Shown here piece by piece: positions 37,550 through 51,099 of a stretch of DNA of 55,409 bases (the stretch's first letter is position 1; every line of letters starts with the position of its first letter). The notes beneath the pieces are model-generated. The model did no database searches. It was given only the letters and a program-made list of their open reading frames with translations, and was not told where the DNA came from. Made by a program: the position numbers and the translations under genes. The stretch spans positions 34,751,655 to 34,807,063 of the forward strand of contig NC_068997.1 in the NCBI RefSeq assembly GCF_001194135.2, read 5' to 3'. The stretch is from Octopus bimaculoides. Taxonomy: Eukaryota.

Positions 37550-37890
37550 GTTCAAATAGTTTAGCTAAATCGTCTTGTCATCGTCCTCAAAGCTTTCAGC
37601 TGCTCTGATCCATCTGCTGCCTTTGAACATAGCGACATGTCCAGCCTAGCAAACTTGTGCTTTCAGTATTCTGCGATCCTGTCGTACACTGCGTTCCGTT
37701 CTCGAATTACTTTATTTCGAATATACTTATGATATTCCTAGTATGGATCTTTGCAAGGCCCTTTGCATCGTAGCAAATCGATGTTCTTCCTCTTTGTCAC
37801 GTCACACTTGTGCATAACAGCTCTTGCATGATGGTGCTATTCAAGGATCTAGCACGTAAGGTCTTGTTCAGCTGTGCTTTGAACATATCA
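37550..37890 (-). mobile_element. RTE-clade LINE C-terminal fragment
   Basis: Frameshifted minus-strand text NSTIMQELL, EEHRFATMQRAL and (W)AGHVAMFKGSRW. Confidence 0.55.
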
Positions 37891-37939
37891 TTTACCTAGG
37901 TAAATAGGTTTCCCTAAGAACTACAGTATAATTCATTCT

Positions 37940-38640
37940 TTTATTGGCAACAAGAGATTACATAAAACAACTTAGAAAGACATAACAGGACGATACAACA
38001 GGTTTTAAAAACGTGTAAACAAAAATAACAATTAAAATTAAACAAATAAAACTCCTCATAAGGAGAGGCGCTTTAAGGTTACTCGTGGAAAACCCAACAA
38101 AGGTCACGGGTGCTTGACCAACAGAGCAATAGCCCTTTTATTTTTCACAGGCGCTCAAAATGGATACTTTCACACTGGCCATTCTTCCAACATTCACCCA
38201 TCTTTCAACAAATTTGCCAGAAGCAATACTTCTCCACTCCACCCTCACTTTCCTTTTCAAGTGAAACTTGAAAAAGTTTATGAGGGCTTGTCCAAAGAGG
38301 AAAGTGTCTGTCTTTAGCCCTTTCAAGCGTGTCCACCACACTACCTCTTTCACTACAGCCATCATACAAAGAAAAATTGTCTGTCCCTCCCGGCCTCGAT
38401 AGCACTGCCAGGCGAGGGGTTTCTGGAAGTTGTCCATTGGCCCCGGCCCGAAAGTCCTCCTGAACAGACCGTGAGTTGATGCTCGTCGACGCACAGAGTT
38501 TCCCCGAGAACGTCGTCAAAGTACCACCGACCACATTGCCCGCCTGGCGGAGGTCTGTGAGCACTTGACGGTATTCGAGGTGCCAAGCTCCTCTCCTCGG
38601 TCTACACCCAATCCAAGATAAGAACTACAATATAATGTAA
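37940..38640 (-). mobile_element. Tx1/L1-clade LINE 3' end with AATAAA
   Basis: AVVKEVVWWTRLKGL..LINFFKFHLKRKVRVE..FVERWVNV. Its start (38530-38620) is homologous to 32540-32630. U-rich 3' UTR with aataaaa at ~37940. Confidence 0.85.
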
Positions 38641-38664
38641 TCATATATTCACTGTAACACAGCT

Positions 38665-38784
38665 TATAGCACGAGCGAAAGAATGCAGCCTGCCTCTGCG
38701 AATCGCTTTCGTCGACTACGAAAAGGCCTTCCATAGCGTCGAGCAATGTTGAAAGCTCTGGAAATGATAGGAGTCGAGGCGCAA

Positions 38785-38790
<6 letters not shown>
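38665..38790 (+). mobile_element. RTE-clade RT fragment
   Basis: LPLRIAFVDYEKAFHSVE..LKALEMIGV. Confidence 0.75.
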
Positions 38791-38840
<50 letters not shown>

Positions 38841-39529
38841 CTCTCTCACACACACATAACCACACACGCATGCACGCACACACGCTCATTCACTCACACC
38901 TTTACATATATGCCTTATTCTCCCATAGGTCATTGTGTGTATGAAAACCAGCGTATATATTACTGATTTTATGCAAACACATATTCATAAGAAAATACTG
39001 TAGCCGTATTAAGCCGAATCGGAGTCAACAAATCCCATTATTATATCCACGTTTCCTCCTTCATCAATGATTAGTTTGTTTTTATTTCTTTTTTCTTTTC
39101 TTTTTTTTTTTACGGTCAGTGTGCATCTAGAAAATGTTACCAAATAGGCCACCGTGTCTATAATTCTATCTTGCTCTATCAGTGTGTCAATCAGATCTAT
39201 TTTAGATTCAATTTCCTTCTGTCTTCCCCCACTTTACTACCTTTTACTCTTGACTTTCCTCTCCGTGACTTATTTGCACACTCTTTTACTTTCCTCGTTC
39301 CGTGTCGCTCCACTTATCGCCCTGTTTAAATCTTAGTTGTCAGATGCCGAGGATAAAACTTAATAAAGACATAGGTTATGCCTGACGAATAATGCAGATG
39401 ATAAATCTCCTTTAAATTATATCGTGAGACTTTCTCGTGTCAACTACACCATCACACACTATTAGAGCCGCCTCAACCCACCCTTGTACTCAAACTTCTA
39501 GAAGTAAGGCAACTCTATCATCACAGCTA

Positions 39530-39650
39530 CTATTAGCACTATCATCAACGTCGCCGCCGCCACCACCACCACCACCACCACTACCACCATCACTACCACC
39601 ACCACTACCACCACCACCACCACTACCACCACCATCACTAGTACTACTAC
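39530..39650. repeat. (CCA)n / (CTA)n degenerate trinucleotide repeat
   Basis: ccaccaccacca with cta variants. Confidence 0.9.
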
Positions 39651-40015
39651 AATCGCGAATCCAACCTATAGTCCTAATAATAGCAACTGCCATTATTTCT
39701 ACATTTAATATCGTTACAAGCACATACGTTCACTCAATTAATGAACCACTGAATTCAGTCGCATTCCCCTTTCCGAACGCTTGTTTTCCATTATCAATTT
39801 GACTCTGGCTATAGACTTTTGCCAATCACTAACACTACCTCTAGATATATTTTCACCCATCCAGTATGATTATGAATGTTGCTATTTTTACTATTCAAAC
39901 ATTGCCTTCCTGTACACCTACTGTTTTCATTATCTGCGTTATCAGTAAATTATTAAGAGTAAATCTAGTCACTTACTGAAATAAGACGCCTAAGTGTTAT
40001 TGTTTTCTTTTTCTT

Positions 40016-40054
<39 letters not shown>

Positions 40055-40261
40055 CACTCCAAATATTTTCTGGCTACACTCAGTGATCATATAGATAAAG
40101 ATTTCCGACAGTGTTGTAGGTCAATTAATGATCCCTGTGGAACTCATAGCTACAGAAATCGTCTCCTTAAGGAGTATTAACAGAATGTCTCAATGTAGAG
40201 CTATATTCTATTCATTTAATTATGTTTCATACGATCAGCTGCTAAAAGCAACTGCAAATTA

Positions 40262-41657
40262 CACTGGTCAACACATATTTTCTCGCACAAGGTTTATGAA
40301 TGGATTAAAATCCATTCATAAACCTTGTGCCAGAAAATAATTCTGGGGTGCTAACTTTGGGGTGCTGAATCCAAATTTGGCATCAGATTTTGTCTATCAC
40401 GTCAGATTTTTGAGATATAAAATCTCTTAGCTTTGCTAGAAACAGCTATTTAATGTTCATAAAGGAAGAATTAAATATGCATAGATGCAATTTTTATTAG
40501 ATAATGTCTTTTTTTTATCTAATAAATAAAAACACAAAGTTGTGGAAGTAAATGCACATTAGCATGTAAGAATTAAGGTTAGTTATAACAAAATATGAAT
40601 ACAAAATCTCTATTCATTGTGGCCATTCATTCTGATCATCTTATTACTGCAAGAACTTCATTTTGTTTTGTTTTTTTTTTGTTTTTTGACGAGCTCTTGT
40701 GCGCAGCTTCTGGAATATCTCTCATTATGCTCCTGCAGTAATCTGCCATCATGTTTAAGTCCCATCGGCCTTGATAGCGTTCTTCGATTACTTTTACATC
40801 TTGATGAAAGTGTTCACTTTGATCTTCGCTAATATCACCCAGGTTTTCCGGAATCTCACCCTGTGTAAGTTATGCAATTTAATGTTCATTCTACAGCCAA
40901 GTGCTAGAGAACTCAATAGCAGTTCCTCCACAATCTCTTGTTAGTTGTCAGCTTTCCTGTTCCCAAAGAAACTTCGTACCACAGAGAAGGCATTCCAAGC
41001 TCTAGCCTCCGCCGCACTCATTGTTGTAACAACATGTGAATCCCTGAGGAGTGTTCTTATCTGAGGTCCATCAAATATTCCTGTCTTCTATTCGTTTCTG
41101 AGATATGGAAAGGTTGTACATATATATCTGAAGCAGTCTTGACTGAGATCAAGAGCTTTGATGAATTGTTTCCTCACACCAAGTTTCAACACAGGCTTTG
41201 CAAACTTTGTGGGAAGCCTAGGTTTTGTCCTAGTCTCCAAGTGTTACTTTAATGTAAGCAAGATACACCTTCTTGACAAAGTTATTTATGTTGCACCTTT
41301 GAGCCTGTGGAGTGAAGTTTCCACAGACGTAACAGAAGATATTGGGGTCATTACACCACATCTTTCTTTTTTATGTTGTATCCATAACTAGATCACAGTG
41401 GTCCAGTTCACACCTGAAAAGAAGAGGAAGGGCTTTAAAGTAAAACTCAGTTTGAACATATTCAAAATTAGCATGACAATCCAGCCAAACTTTTCGCAAA
41501 CAGTGGTGTAAAGTTAACTTTTGCTATGCTACAGGTAAATAAAGGTATATATGGCACAAAAAAGTGGGCCATATATGTAACAAAAATGTGACGTGATAGA
41601 GCAAATCAGCACCAAAATATTAACTAGAAAATAAAAGTTTTATTTTGTTGACCAATG
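40262..41657 (-). mobile_element. Chapaev3-like (CMC superfamily) DNA transposon, internally deleted
   Basis: TIRs CACTGGTCAACA / TGTTGACCAATG (11/12), TTA on both sides (40259-61, 41658-60), subterminal inverted repeats at 40386-40410 and 41583-41607. Transposase pieces: CNDPNIFCYVCG..SHKVCKAC, KQFIKALD, GIFDGPQIR, SEHFHQDVKVIEERYQGRWDLNMMADYC. Confidence 0.78.
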
Positions 41658-42235
41658 TTATCGAACATTTATCGATTAGGTGTAAATACACTTATTTTAT
41701 TAAATATGAAACTCGAGATGAATTATTGTCTGGAATGGATAACATCCATGAAAGAATTAAGTTGAGACAAAGTGAGGGTTGCATTAGAAAAATGAAAAAA
41801 ATAACATTTATAGGCATTCATGGATCTGACTAGCTAATGATGATCCAAACTATTCTCCCTATATATNNNNNNNNNNNNNNNNNNNNNNNNNNNNNNNNNN
41901 NNNNNNNNNNNNNNNNNNNNNNNNNNNNNNNNNNNNNNNNNNNNNNNNNNNNNNNNNNNNNNNNNNNNNNNNNNNNNNNNNNNNNNNNNNNNNNNNNNNN
42001 NNNNNNNNNNNNNNNNNNNNNNNNNNNNNNNNNNNNNNNNNNNNNNNNNNNNNNNNNNNNNNNNNNNNNNNNNNNNNNNNNNNNNNNNNNNNNNNNNNNN
42101 NNNNNNNNNNNNNNNNNNNNNNNNNNNNNNNNNNNNNNNNNNNNNNNNNNNNNNNNNNNNNNNNNNNNNNNNNNNNNNNNNNNNNNNNNNNNNNNNNNNN
42201 NNNNNNNNNNNNNNNNNNNNNNNNNNNNNNNNNNG

Positions 42236-42302
42236 CTCGACTAAAGCCGGTGCTCCAGCATGGCCACAGTCAAATGACTGAAACAAGTAAAAGAGTAAAA
42301 GA
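42236..42302 (+). mobile_element. SINE 3' tail
   Basis: cgactaaagccggtgctccagcatggccacagtcaaatgactgaaacaagtaaaagag. Confidence 0.85.
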
Positions 42303-42339
<37 letters not shown>

Positions 42340-42342
<3 letters not shown>

Positions 42343-43860
42343 GGCATCCGTCGGTCTCGAGAGGCCCTAGATCTGCGCCCGAAGAAATCGTGTCAGCTGC
42401 TGATAGTGGGGCAGCGTCTATTGTGGCAGGCCCACAGGAGAGTGACAGTCACGCATACAGTGACGGCATTTGGAGCTCTCTGCCAGCGCTAGTGGTTTTC
42501 CCTTCAGTCGAGTGCGCTTTTCTTCGGTGGCGAGTGTCTGTTTTTCTTCCGCTTGCTTCATCCCATTGTCTTCAGTGTGGGCGATCATTTGAAACCTCCT
42601 CCTAACTCAGAAAGCCCAGTTCAAGTAACTTCGTATCCCTCTTACAGGTGTCCTTAAAACGATGAAGTCGTCCTCGTCCTCTTGTGCCGGTAACCAGTTT
42701 CCCGTACAGGAGGTCTTTTGGGAGACTTCCGTCCGGCATGCGATGTACTTGACCGAGCCAGCGCAAACGAAGTTGCTGGAACAGGATGAGTATGCTGAGT
42801 ATCTTGGCTCAGTTGTGGTCTTAGGTGTTGGTGATGTGGTCGGTCCAATTGCTATCTAAGATGCGTCTCAAATTACGAAGATGAAAGACATCGAGACGCC
42901 GCTCCTGCATTTGCTCTTTAGAGTGCGCTGTCAGTGTTGCGTCGTCCGTGAATAGCATTTCTCTGACGAGTACCTGGCGCCCCCTGGATTTTGCTTTCAA
43001 TCTCGACAAACTAAACAGTTTAACGTCTGATCTGATGTGAAGGTAAACACCATCAGTTTCAGCCTGACTGCAAAAAGTTGTCAAACAGGGTGGGGGCAAA
43101 CACGCAGCCCTATTTCATGCTGCTACGTATGTTGAATGCCTCCGAAAAAGAGCCATCAAATTGAACGCCTTTCATGTACGCGTGAAATGATTGGACAATC
43201 CTGAGGAGTCATGGAGGACAGCCATCTTGGCAAAGATTTTGAACAGGCCATCTCTACTGACTAGGTCAAAAGCTTTTGTGAGGTCGATGAAGCTGATAAA
43301 GAGTGGTTGCCTTTGTTCTCGGTACTTCTGTTGCTGCCGAAGAGAGAAGATCGTGACGATGGTAAAGCGTTCGGATCTGAAACCGTACTGAGATTCAGGG
43401 TATACTCTCTCAACGATTTTCTGTAGTCTGTTTAGTGCCACGTGGGCAAAGACCTTCCCAACGATGCTTAACAATGGGACGCCTCGGTAGTTATTGCAGT
43501 TACTTTTATCCCCTTTGTTCTTATATAAGATGACAATGTTGTAGTTTCTCATGTCTTTCAGGACTGATCTCTCCTCCCAGCACTGACATAGTAGCTTCAG
43601 CAACTGGCTAAATAGAACTCTCCTTGCACATCTGAAGATCTCTGGTGGGATGCCGTCCAAACCCGGTGCTTTTCCATTGGGCAAACTATCAATGGTACTG
43701 CTCATTTTTTCAGCAGTTAGCACCTCCTCCATGACAGGCAATTGTTCCACGGTGTCTAGCGCACTGTCCGAGATGTTGTTTTCCTTTGTGTAGAGTTCGA
43801 AATAATGTTTCACTCTTCTCTCCAGCTGCTCTCTTTCGTCTTTGATAACTTCCCGTGTTC
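42340..43860 (-). mobile_element. RTE-1/BovB-like LINE, 5'-truncated with internal deletion
   Basis: GKAPGLDGIPPE..KNKGDKSNCNNYRGVPLLSIVGKVFA..PESQYGFRSER..FIDLTKAFDLVSR. LFTDD is joined almost directly to RRLDVFHLRNLRRIL. Confidence 0.93.
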
Positions 43861-43879
43861 TGAACTGGGGAGTTGCGGT

Positions 43880-43952
43880 TAGTGCACAAAGCTCGAAATT
43901 TATGGGGAGGGGCCAGTCGATTAGATCGACCCCAGTACGCAACTGGTACTTA
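43880..43952 (-). mobile_element. SINE 3' fragment
   Basis: gtcgattagatcgaccccagtacgcaactggtactta matches the 21020-21229 family. Confidence 0.7.
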
Positions 43953-44525
43953 NNNNNNNNNNNNNNNNNNNNNNNNNNNNNNNNNNNNNNNNNNNNNNNN
44001 NNNNNNNNNNNNNNNNNNNNNNNNNNNNNNNNNNNNNNNNNNNNNNNNNNNNNNNNNNNNNNNNNNNNNNNNNNNNNNNNNNNNNNNNNNNNNNNNNNNN
44101 NNNNNNNNNNNNNNNNNNNNNNNNNNNNNNNNNNNNNNNNNNNNNNNNNNNNNNNNNNNNNNNNNNNNNNNNNNNNNNNNNNNNNNNNNNNNNNNNNNNN
44201 NNNNNNNNNNNNNNNNNNNNNNNNNNNNNNNNNNNNNNNNNNNNNNNNNNNNNNNNNNNNNNNNNNNNNNNNNNNNNNNNNNNNNNNNNNNNNNNNNNNN
44301 NNNNNNNNNNNNNNNNNNNNNNNNNNNNNNNNNNNNNNNNNNNNNNNNNNNNNNNNNNNNNNNNNNNNNNNNNNNNNNNNNNNNNNNNNNNNNNNNNNNN
44401 NNNNNNNNNNNNNNNNNNNNNNNNNNNNNNNNNNNNNNNNNNNNNNNNNNNNNNNNNNNNNNNNNNNNNNNNNNNNNNNNNNNNNNNNNNNNNNNNNNNN
44501 NNNNNNNNNNNNNNNNNNNNNNNNN

Positions 44526-44566
<41 letters not shown>

Positions 44567-45911
44567 ATATAAATGTGTGTGTACGTGCGTACATGCGTGT
44601 ATGTGTGCGTTCAAATTGTATATACACATCTATGTAAATAAGAACATTAAACGCAAACAGATTTAGCAAGAAATATATGTATATATTTACACAGAGGCAT
44701 ACCCCTTTCAAGATACGTGAGTTTGTTAACAGATAAAGCGCCCAATGTTTCGAAACACTTAAGAAGAAACCACTGACAATTTCTAAACCACTGACAATTT
44801 ATGTTTTCCACATTGAAGACATATAAGCTGTAGGAAGCTAACTCAAATACTAACTCTAGTTTATCCCCAGGCGGCCATCTTTTCATGCGAGATCATAAAT
44901 ATGAAAATCATAGTTAGAGTCAGCTATAAAATATGACAACATAAATTCCAAGCCATTCTGTCACATTAACGAATAAAATAGCAACATTTAATGGCTAGTT
45001 ACCTCTTGCGTGTCGAATGGGAAACCAAAATAAAATTCGTATGTTTTTAGTTCTTTTTTGTTTATTTACCACACCCTATATTGTTTCTTTCGACATACCG
45101 CGAATGAAAAGTCCACACACCCATCCTTTCGACCATTTTCTACCCCTTCTTCTTTCCCTTCATGTAGTGAACGTACTGACGCAGACAACTGACTTTTGCA
45201 CTTGGAAGTTAACTGGTGTAACCAGAAAATATATCCACCCCATCAACAAACAATTCGGTTGCATTTATCATCGGGTAATATGAGACAGAATTTTATTGTG
45301 CTCCTAGTTCAAATGGGAAGTAACGGTGACATGGTGATGATAGATATAAAATTTATTTTTAAACCCATGTCTTTAAAGAAGACAATCAGAATAGATATGC
45401 ATTGAATGAAATTATAAGTCATTGAGAATTACTGGATATCTGTGAGAGTACACTTAAATATTGGTTTTAAAAAGTCAATTGGGAGACGCAACAAAATCTT
45501 TTGAAAACCAATGAAGTATAAATGTGAAAGTAAATATATAAATAACATATAAATATTATAAATGAAAGGAAAATTCATGCAGTTTTCGATTTGGTTGTTG
45601 TCAACTTTATCTTTCATACAGCCTTAATCAAACAAACCTAGCCGTGACCATCTCGAACGTAATTTGACTTCTGCCAGCATATAAAATGCGTGTGTATGTG
45701 TGTGTGCGTGTGCGCGCGCGTGTTGCGTGCGTGTGTGTGTCTGTGTGTGTGTGCCTGAAAAGTAAGGATCAACACAAGTTTATATTAACGTTCCTACGTG
45801 CGCTTCAACATTACAGTTGTTTGCAGCCCTGCGATAGATATTCTATCGGTTATAGACGCTCTACTACAACGGATCCTCAAGGACACTTTATTGTATCAAG
45901 TTACAGATAAC

Positions 45912-45946
<35 letters not shown>

Positions 45947-46749
45947 NNNNNNNNNNNNNNNNNNNNNNNNNNNNNNNNNNNNNNNNNNNNNNNNNNNNNN
46001 NNNNNNNNNNNNNNNNNNNNNNNNNNNNNNNNNNNNNNNNNNNNNNNNNNNNNNNNNNNNNNNNNNNNNNNNNNNNNNNNNNNNNNNNNNNNNNNNNNNN
46101 NNNNNNNNNNNNNNNNNNNNNNNNNNNNNNNNNNNNNNNNNNNNNNNNNNNNNNNNNNNNNNNNNNNNNNNNNNNNNNNNNNNNNNNNNNNNNNNNNNNN
46201 NNNNNNNNNNNNNNNNNNNNNNNNNNNNNNNNNNNNNNNNNNNNNNNNNNNNNNNNNNNNNNNNNNNNNNNNNNNNNNNNNNNNNNNNNNNNNNNNNNNN
46301 NNNNNNNNNNNNNNNNNNNNNNNNNNNNNNNNNNNNNNNNNNNNNNNNNNNNNNNNNNNNNNNNNNNNNNNNNNNNNNNNNNNNNNNNNNNNNNNNNNNN
46401 NNNNNNNNNNNNNNNNNNNNNNNNNNNNNNNNNNNNNNNNNNNNNNNNNNNNNNNNNNNNNNNNNNNNNNNNNNNNNNNNNNNNNNNNNNNNNNNNNNNN
46501 NNNNNNNNNNNNNNNNNNNNNNNNNNNNNNNNNNNNNNNNNNNNNNNNNNNNNNNNNNNNNNNNNNNNNNNNNNNNNNNNNNNNNNNNNNNNNNNNNNNN
46601 NNNNNNNNNNNNNNNNNNNNNNNNNNNNNNNNNNNNNNNNNNNNNNNNNNNNNNNNNNNNNNNNNNNNNNNNNNNNNNNNNNNNNNNNNNNNNNNNNNNN
46701 NNNNNNATATATATATATGTGTGTGTGTGTGTGTGTATGTATATGCATG

Positions 46750-46786
<37 letters not shown>

Positions 46787-46788
46787 AT

Positions 46789-46828
<40 letters not shown>

Positions 46829-46899
46829 AAAAAGCGTCTAGTAAATAAACAAACAAACATATACTAAATACACGAAAAGTCACCAACTTTTCATCTGTC

Positions 46900-47290
46900 A
46901 TCGGCCAGAGGGTCGAACGCAATTTCGGTCATTATCGATAAGATTGCTTTCACTCATTTTGTCTGTCTTGCAAACGATTCTGCCAGTTAGCCGCCTTATA
47001 AAAGGATCTCTGGGTTATGGCCCAGTACGCTTCCACTGCACCACTCTACCCACCACCACATCGTATTACTAAGACTGATATTAAGGCAATGTGCTGGCAA
47101 AATCCTTATCACACCGGGAAAAATGAGTTGCGGCATTTCTTCTGTCTTTACATTCTGACATCAAATTCCCCCGAAGTTAACTTTGCTTTTCATGCATTTT
47201 AGAGTCGATAAAATAAGCGCCAGTTCAGCACTGGGGTCGATATAATAGCCTACACCCCCTCTCCTAAAATTTTAGGCCTTGTGGAAAGGA
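46900..47290. mobile_element. Two SINE fragments (minus head ~46900-47000; plus tail ~47205-47290)
   Basis: aacgattctgccagttagccgcctt (head); gtcgataaaataag..actggggtcgat..aaattttaggccttgtg (tail). Confidence 0.65.
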
Positions 47291-48314
47291 TTAATAAGTT
47301 GGATTTTTACAAGGGAGTTTTTTGTTTTTAGAACAGTTTATTCATATGTTCGAGTAAATTCTGCCAAATTAGTTCAATTAGTGGTGAGGCTCCAGTTCGG
47401 GAGTTGTAAGAAGCGTGGATTCACACCTTAATTACCATTACTTCAAGGCCCGTTCTGATTCGGAGCGATAGTACGTTTCAGAGTTCCGTGCATGGAATAA
47501 ATAGATTTTCCAGAAGTAGAGCTTCAATCATTTTTTTACAAAGCCTTTTGAAAATTAGTATTCATTTCATCATTTTGTATAAACACCAAGAGATCTGATA
47601 AAAGTAAAATTATAATTATTTTTATGTACATCCTGTTTCATATTAACCATAGTGGAATGCCGATAAGCTACGATGGTAATACTCAGAAAGGAAACTAAGA
47701 GGAAAAAAGTTCTTGCCCAGCATTTGTGTAAGTGCATGGTTTCAATTTGAAGTTCATTAAGAATACGATAGAGTAGTGGATGGTTTTGCTATTATTAATT
47801 TTTGTGTGTGCATAGATTAACGTAGTGATATTTATTTGTAACTCAAACGTCGATAATTGGGGATACCATCGATCAAAAGCATTCAAATCGTGATTGTCCC
47901 TCCAATATGTTATTTATTATTATTGAAGACAGTAGCGCATGGTTTGGGGAAGATTTCTTTACTGTTTCTAGCATTAATAATGTCTCCCTCATTGGCTCAT
48001 CCATGTGATGAGATATCTCAAGATAGACAAAGTAGAATAACAAAAAGTAATCAGATGTTAGTTGCAGTAACAACTGATAAAACTAAGGCATGATACAATC
48101 TCTTTAGAGATCAAGGACTGTGATTGAAAATGTTTGGTAAAGAAGTACGTTCTCAAATTAAGAAGTAGCTCTCAACGATTGTGGTTTTTAGCATAAAACA
48201 TTAAATAGATGTAGAAAAATCGGAGTGTGAAATTATAGATAAGCGGAAGATAAAAATGACAAACAAAAAGGCAATACCAGTGAAACCAAAGACAGGAATA
48301 TATGAAAATCATTA

Positions 48315-48409
<95 letters not shown>

Positions 48410-49019
48410 CGTATATCTATATCTATATATATATATATACATATATAGCAAAGCAGGAAAAGATAGAAATAAATAGCTGAAAACGAGAATGGAGACAAGA
48501 GAAAGATTATATTGGTGAACTACTCGATGAATAAAAGAATGAATTGGATTGAGTATTGACAGAAACTTAAGCTTTGTTGCGTGTTAATAGCTCTAAAATT
48601 CACTTCGTGTGGTAATATATGCAACGAACTGTCGCATTCGACAGGCTTCTCGTGTAACTCAAGCCACTCCAACGCCGCCGTATATCCGTTTATTGTCGAT
48701 GATCCAAATACACAAGAGTGTTACAACTCTGATCTTTGATATACTTATTTTTTGTTGGTCCGATTAATATGTTACCAAATAGGTAAATGTATCTACTTGC
48801 ATCTACTAGTTAACTTATCAACTTTCACGTAAAAGAGATAGCTTCAAAATGATATGCTAAAATAAGTGATATATAATCAATAATGCTCTCTTGTTTGCCT
48901 ATGGATACTTGTCATTTAATCTTTTTTTTATTGTGAATTTGGAAAGTTATTTTTCATTAGTCTTATTTTTATTGCGTGCTTTCACTGCACTACTGAGAAT
49001 AACTATGTGTGCTTTATTG

Positions 49020-49420
49020 AGTACGTGTAATGTCTTGTTTGGGTTCTGCATTCATACTGCAATCTACATAATGTTTGCAGTGTCCAGTAATGTTATTTTC
49101 TGTATATCTTGGCGTATTGGTTATGTATTTATCTACATGCTTTTAATCATTCCCAAGGCGCCTGCTATTTTAAGAATTGTTTTTATTTTCATTCTTCCTT
49201 CATTCTAGTCTCCAGATCTTTATTTCTTTTATCTCTATTTCTTGGGGTTCATACTTCGATTAGAAGGTTCTTTTAGTCCTAGTGAAGCTTGACTACAATA
49301 TTCAACCGATTAACTCTGGCGGTCTTGTCTGTAGATTGGTTATATCATGATATAGTTATTTTTCTAATGTATATTTATATACTACCTGTTTGCCGTCGAT
49401 ATTTCACAATACTGATTTCC
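49020..49420 (-). mobile_element. Old R4/Dong-like RLE 3' fragment
   Basis: Minus strand aaataaagatctggagactaga (KDLETR) and ggcgccttgggaatgattaaa (GALGMIK); upstream acagacaagaccgccagagttaatcgg corresponds to TD..RVNR. Confidence 0.6.
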
Positions 49421-49477
49421 AATTTATGAAAGCCTTCTGTCTGTCATGCTTTTGGAGGTATTCTTACATGCCTGAAG

Positions 49478-49875
49478 CCGGGCTGGTTGTGTGGTAAGAA
49501 CTTTGCTTTCCAACCACATGGTTCCGAGTTCATTCCCACTGAGTGGAACTTTTGGTAAGTATCTTTTACTATAGCTTCAGGCCGACCAAAGCCTTGCGAG
49601 TGGATTTGGTAGACGGAAACTAAAAGCCAGTCGTGTATATATATAAATATGTGTGTGCATGTGCGTGTGTGTATGTGTTTGCCTCCCACCGCCACTTGAC
49701 AACCGGTTTTGGTCTGTTTACGTCCACGTAACTCAACGGTTTGGCAAAATAAGACCGAAAGAATAGTTATCAGACACTAAAAAATTAAAGAAATCCTGGG
49801 GTCGATTCATTCAACTAAAAATTCAAGATGATGCCCCAGCATAGCTGCAGTCTGACTGAAACAAGTAAAAGAGAT
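49478..49875 (+). mobile_element. Full-length tRNA-derived SINE with internal (TA)/(TG) tract
   Basis: ggctggttgtgtggtaag, ccgagttcattccc, gagtggatttggtagacggaaact, cctggggtcgattc and gactgaaacaagtaaaagag in order. Confidence 0.9.
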
Positions 49876-50711
49876 ACAAGATGTATANNNNNNNNNNATA
49901 TATATATACATATATATATATATATGTATGTATGTACGTACGTATGTATGCATGTATGTATGTATGTACTGGATTTTGAGTGATGGAAATGCTTTGATCT
50001 TAAATCACAATCAAGAATCCTTTAGTATGATCTTGGAGTTTCTTAGAAATGATATTTTTACTTGTCTTTTAGTAACCTATTCAATTTTCTTTCCAGTGTT
50101 GTTTATCTTAGGTTCTAGATTTTAATTATTGTTTGTTATTTCTCTTCCCAACTCCTTATCATTTGAGTCTACATTTTTTCCTTGAAGATGCAGAATAGTT
50201 TTTGTTTCGTTTATCTTATGTAATTATTTTGTATAATTTCCTGTTTTCGTTACTAAATACTTTTGCAGACCTATGGTGAAAATGGCATTATGGTTTTTTG
50301 TCGTCAGTATAATCATCCATTGTATAACCATCCTTTGTGAAACTTTAGATGGAATATTCTAAATCAGACTATATCTTTGCTTGCTTATTTTTTCCTGACT
50401 AACCTTGCTCATTCATTTAGCATTTACTTGAGAATATTATGTTGATAACTTTTAACGGTGACACAGAGTTTTGAAGCTAATTACCTTGTTTTTCATTTAC
50501 GTTTACATTTTTACGTTAATGTGACCATAACATTCCTTTGTTGAGCTTTTTTGGGGGGTTATTGATGTTAAAAGAAACAAGTTTGGTATGACCCTATCGA
50601 AGGATCCTCTCAAGGTTTCCGTTTATGGAACCAGTCTCCAGGTTGTATGAGTATGATGCAAGTTCGGGGACAGTCAGGGAAGAATGAATAATAGTGTCGT
50701 ATGGACGAAAG

Positions 50712-50955
50712 TGATGACAAGGCGGCGAGCTGGCAGAATCATTAGAGCGCCGGGTGAAATGCTTAGCGGTATTTCGTCTGCCGTTACGTTCGAAGTTCAA
50801 ATTCCGCCGAGGTCGACTTTGCCTTTCATCCTTTCGGTGTCGATAAATTAAGTACCAGTTACGCACTGAGGTCGATGTAATCGACTTAATCCCTTTGTCT
50901 GTCCTTGTTTGTCCCCTCTATGTTTAGCCCCTTGTGGGCAATAAAGAAACAAGTA
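50712..50955 (+). mobile_element. Full-length tRNA-derived SINE (second family)
   Basis: aaggcggcgagctggcagaa..gaagttcaaattcc..gaggtcgactttgcctttcatcc..ccccttgtgggcaataaagaaa. Confidence 0.92.
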
Positions 50956-51099
50956 GGTCATTAATGTGCAAAGGGAAGAGAATGAGGAGACAAAATCGAA
51001 ACCTCCGGAACACCAATGTTGACTGAAAATAGAGGAAAAGAGCTCTGACCACATATGCCACGGTGGTGCGATTAAATAGGAATCTAGCTACCGTAAACG

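Noticed and set aside
39437-39802. Poly-Pro (plus) / poly-Gly (minus) ORFs
   Set aside because: Degenerate CCA/CTA microsatellite with no splice signals or domain.
47873-48073. Polypyrimidine tract + AG on minus followed by ISHHMDEPMRETLLMLET
   Set aside because: Only a weak donor (ACA/GTAAAG), the peptide is unrecognised, and such signals arise by chance in AT-rich DNA.
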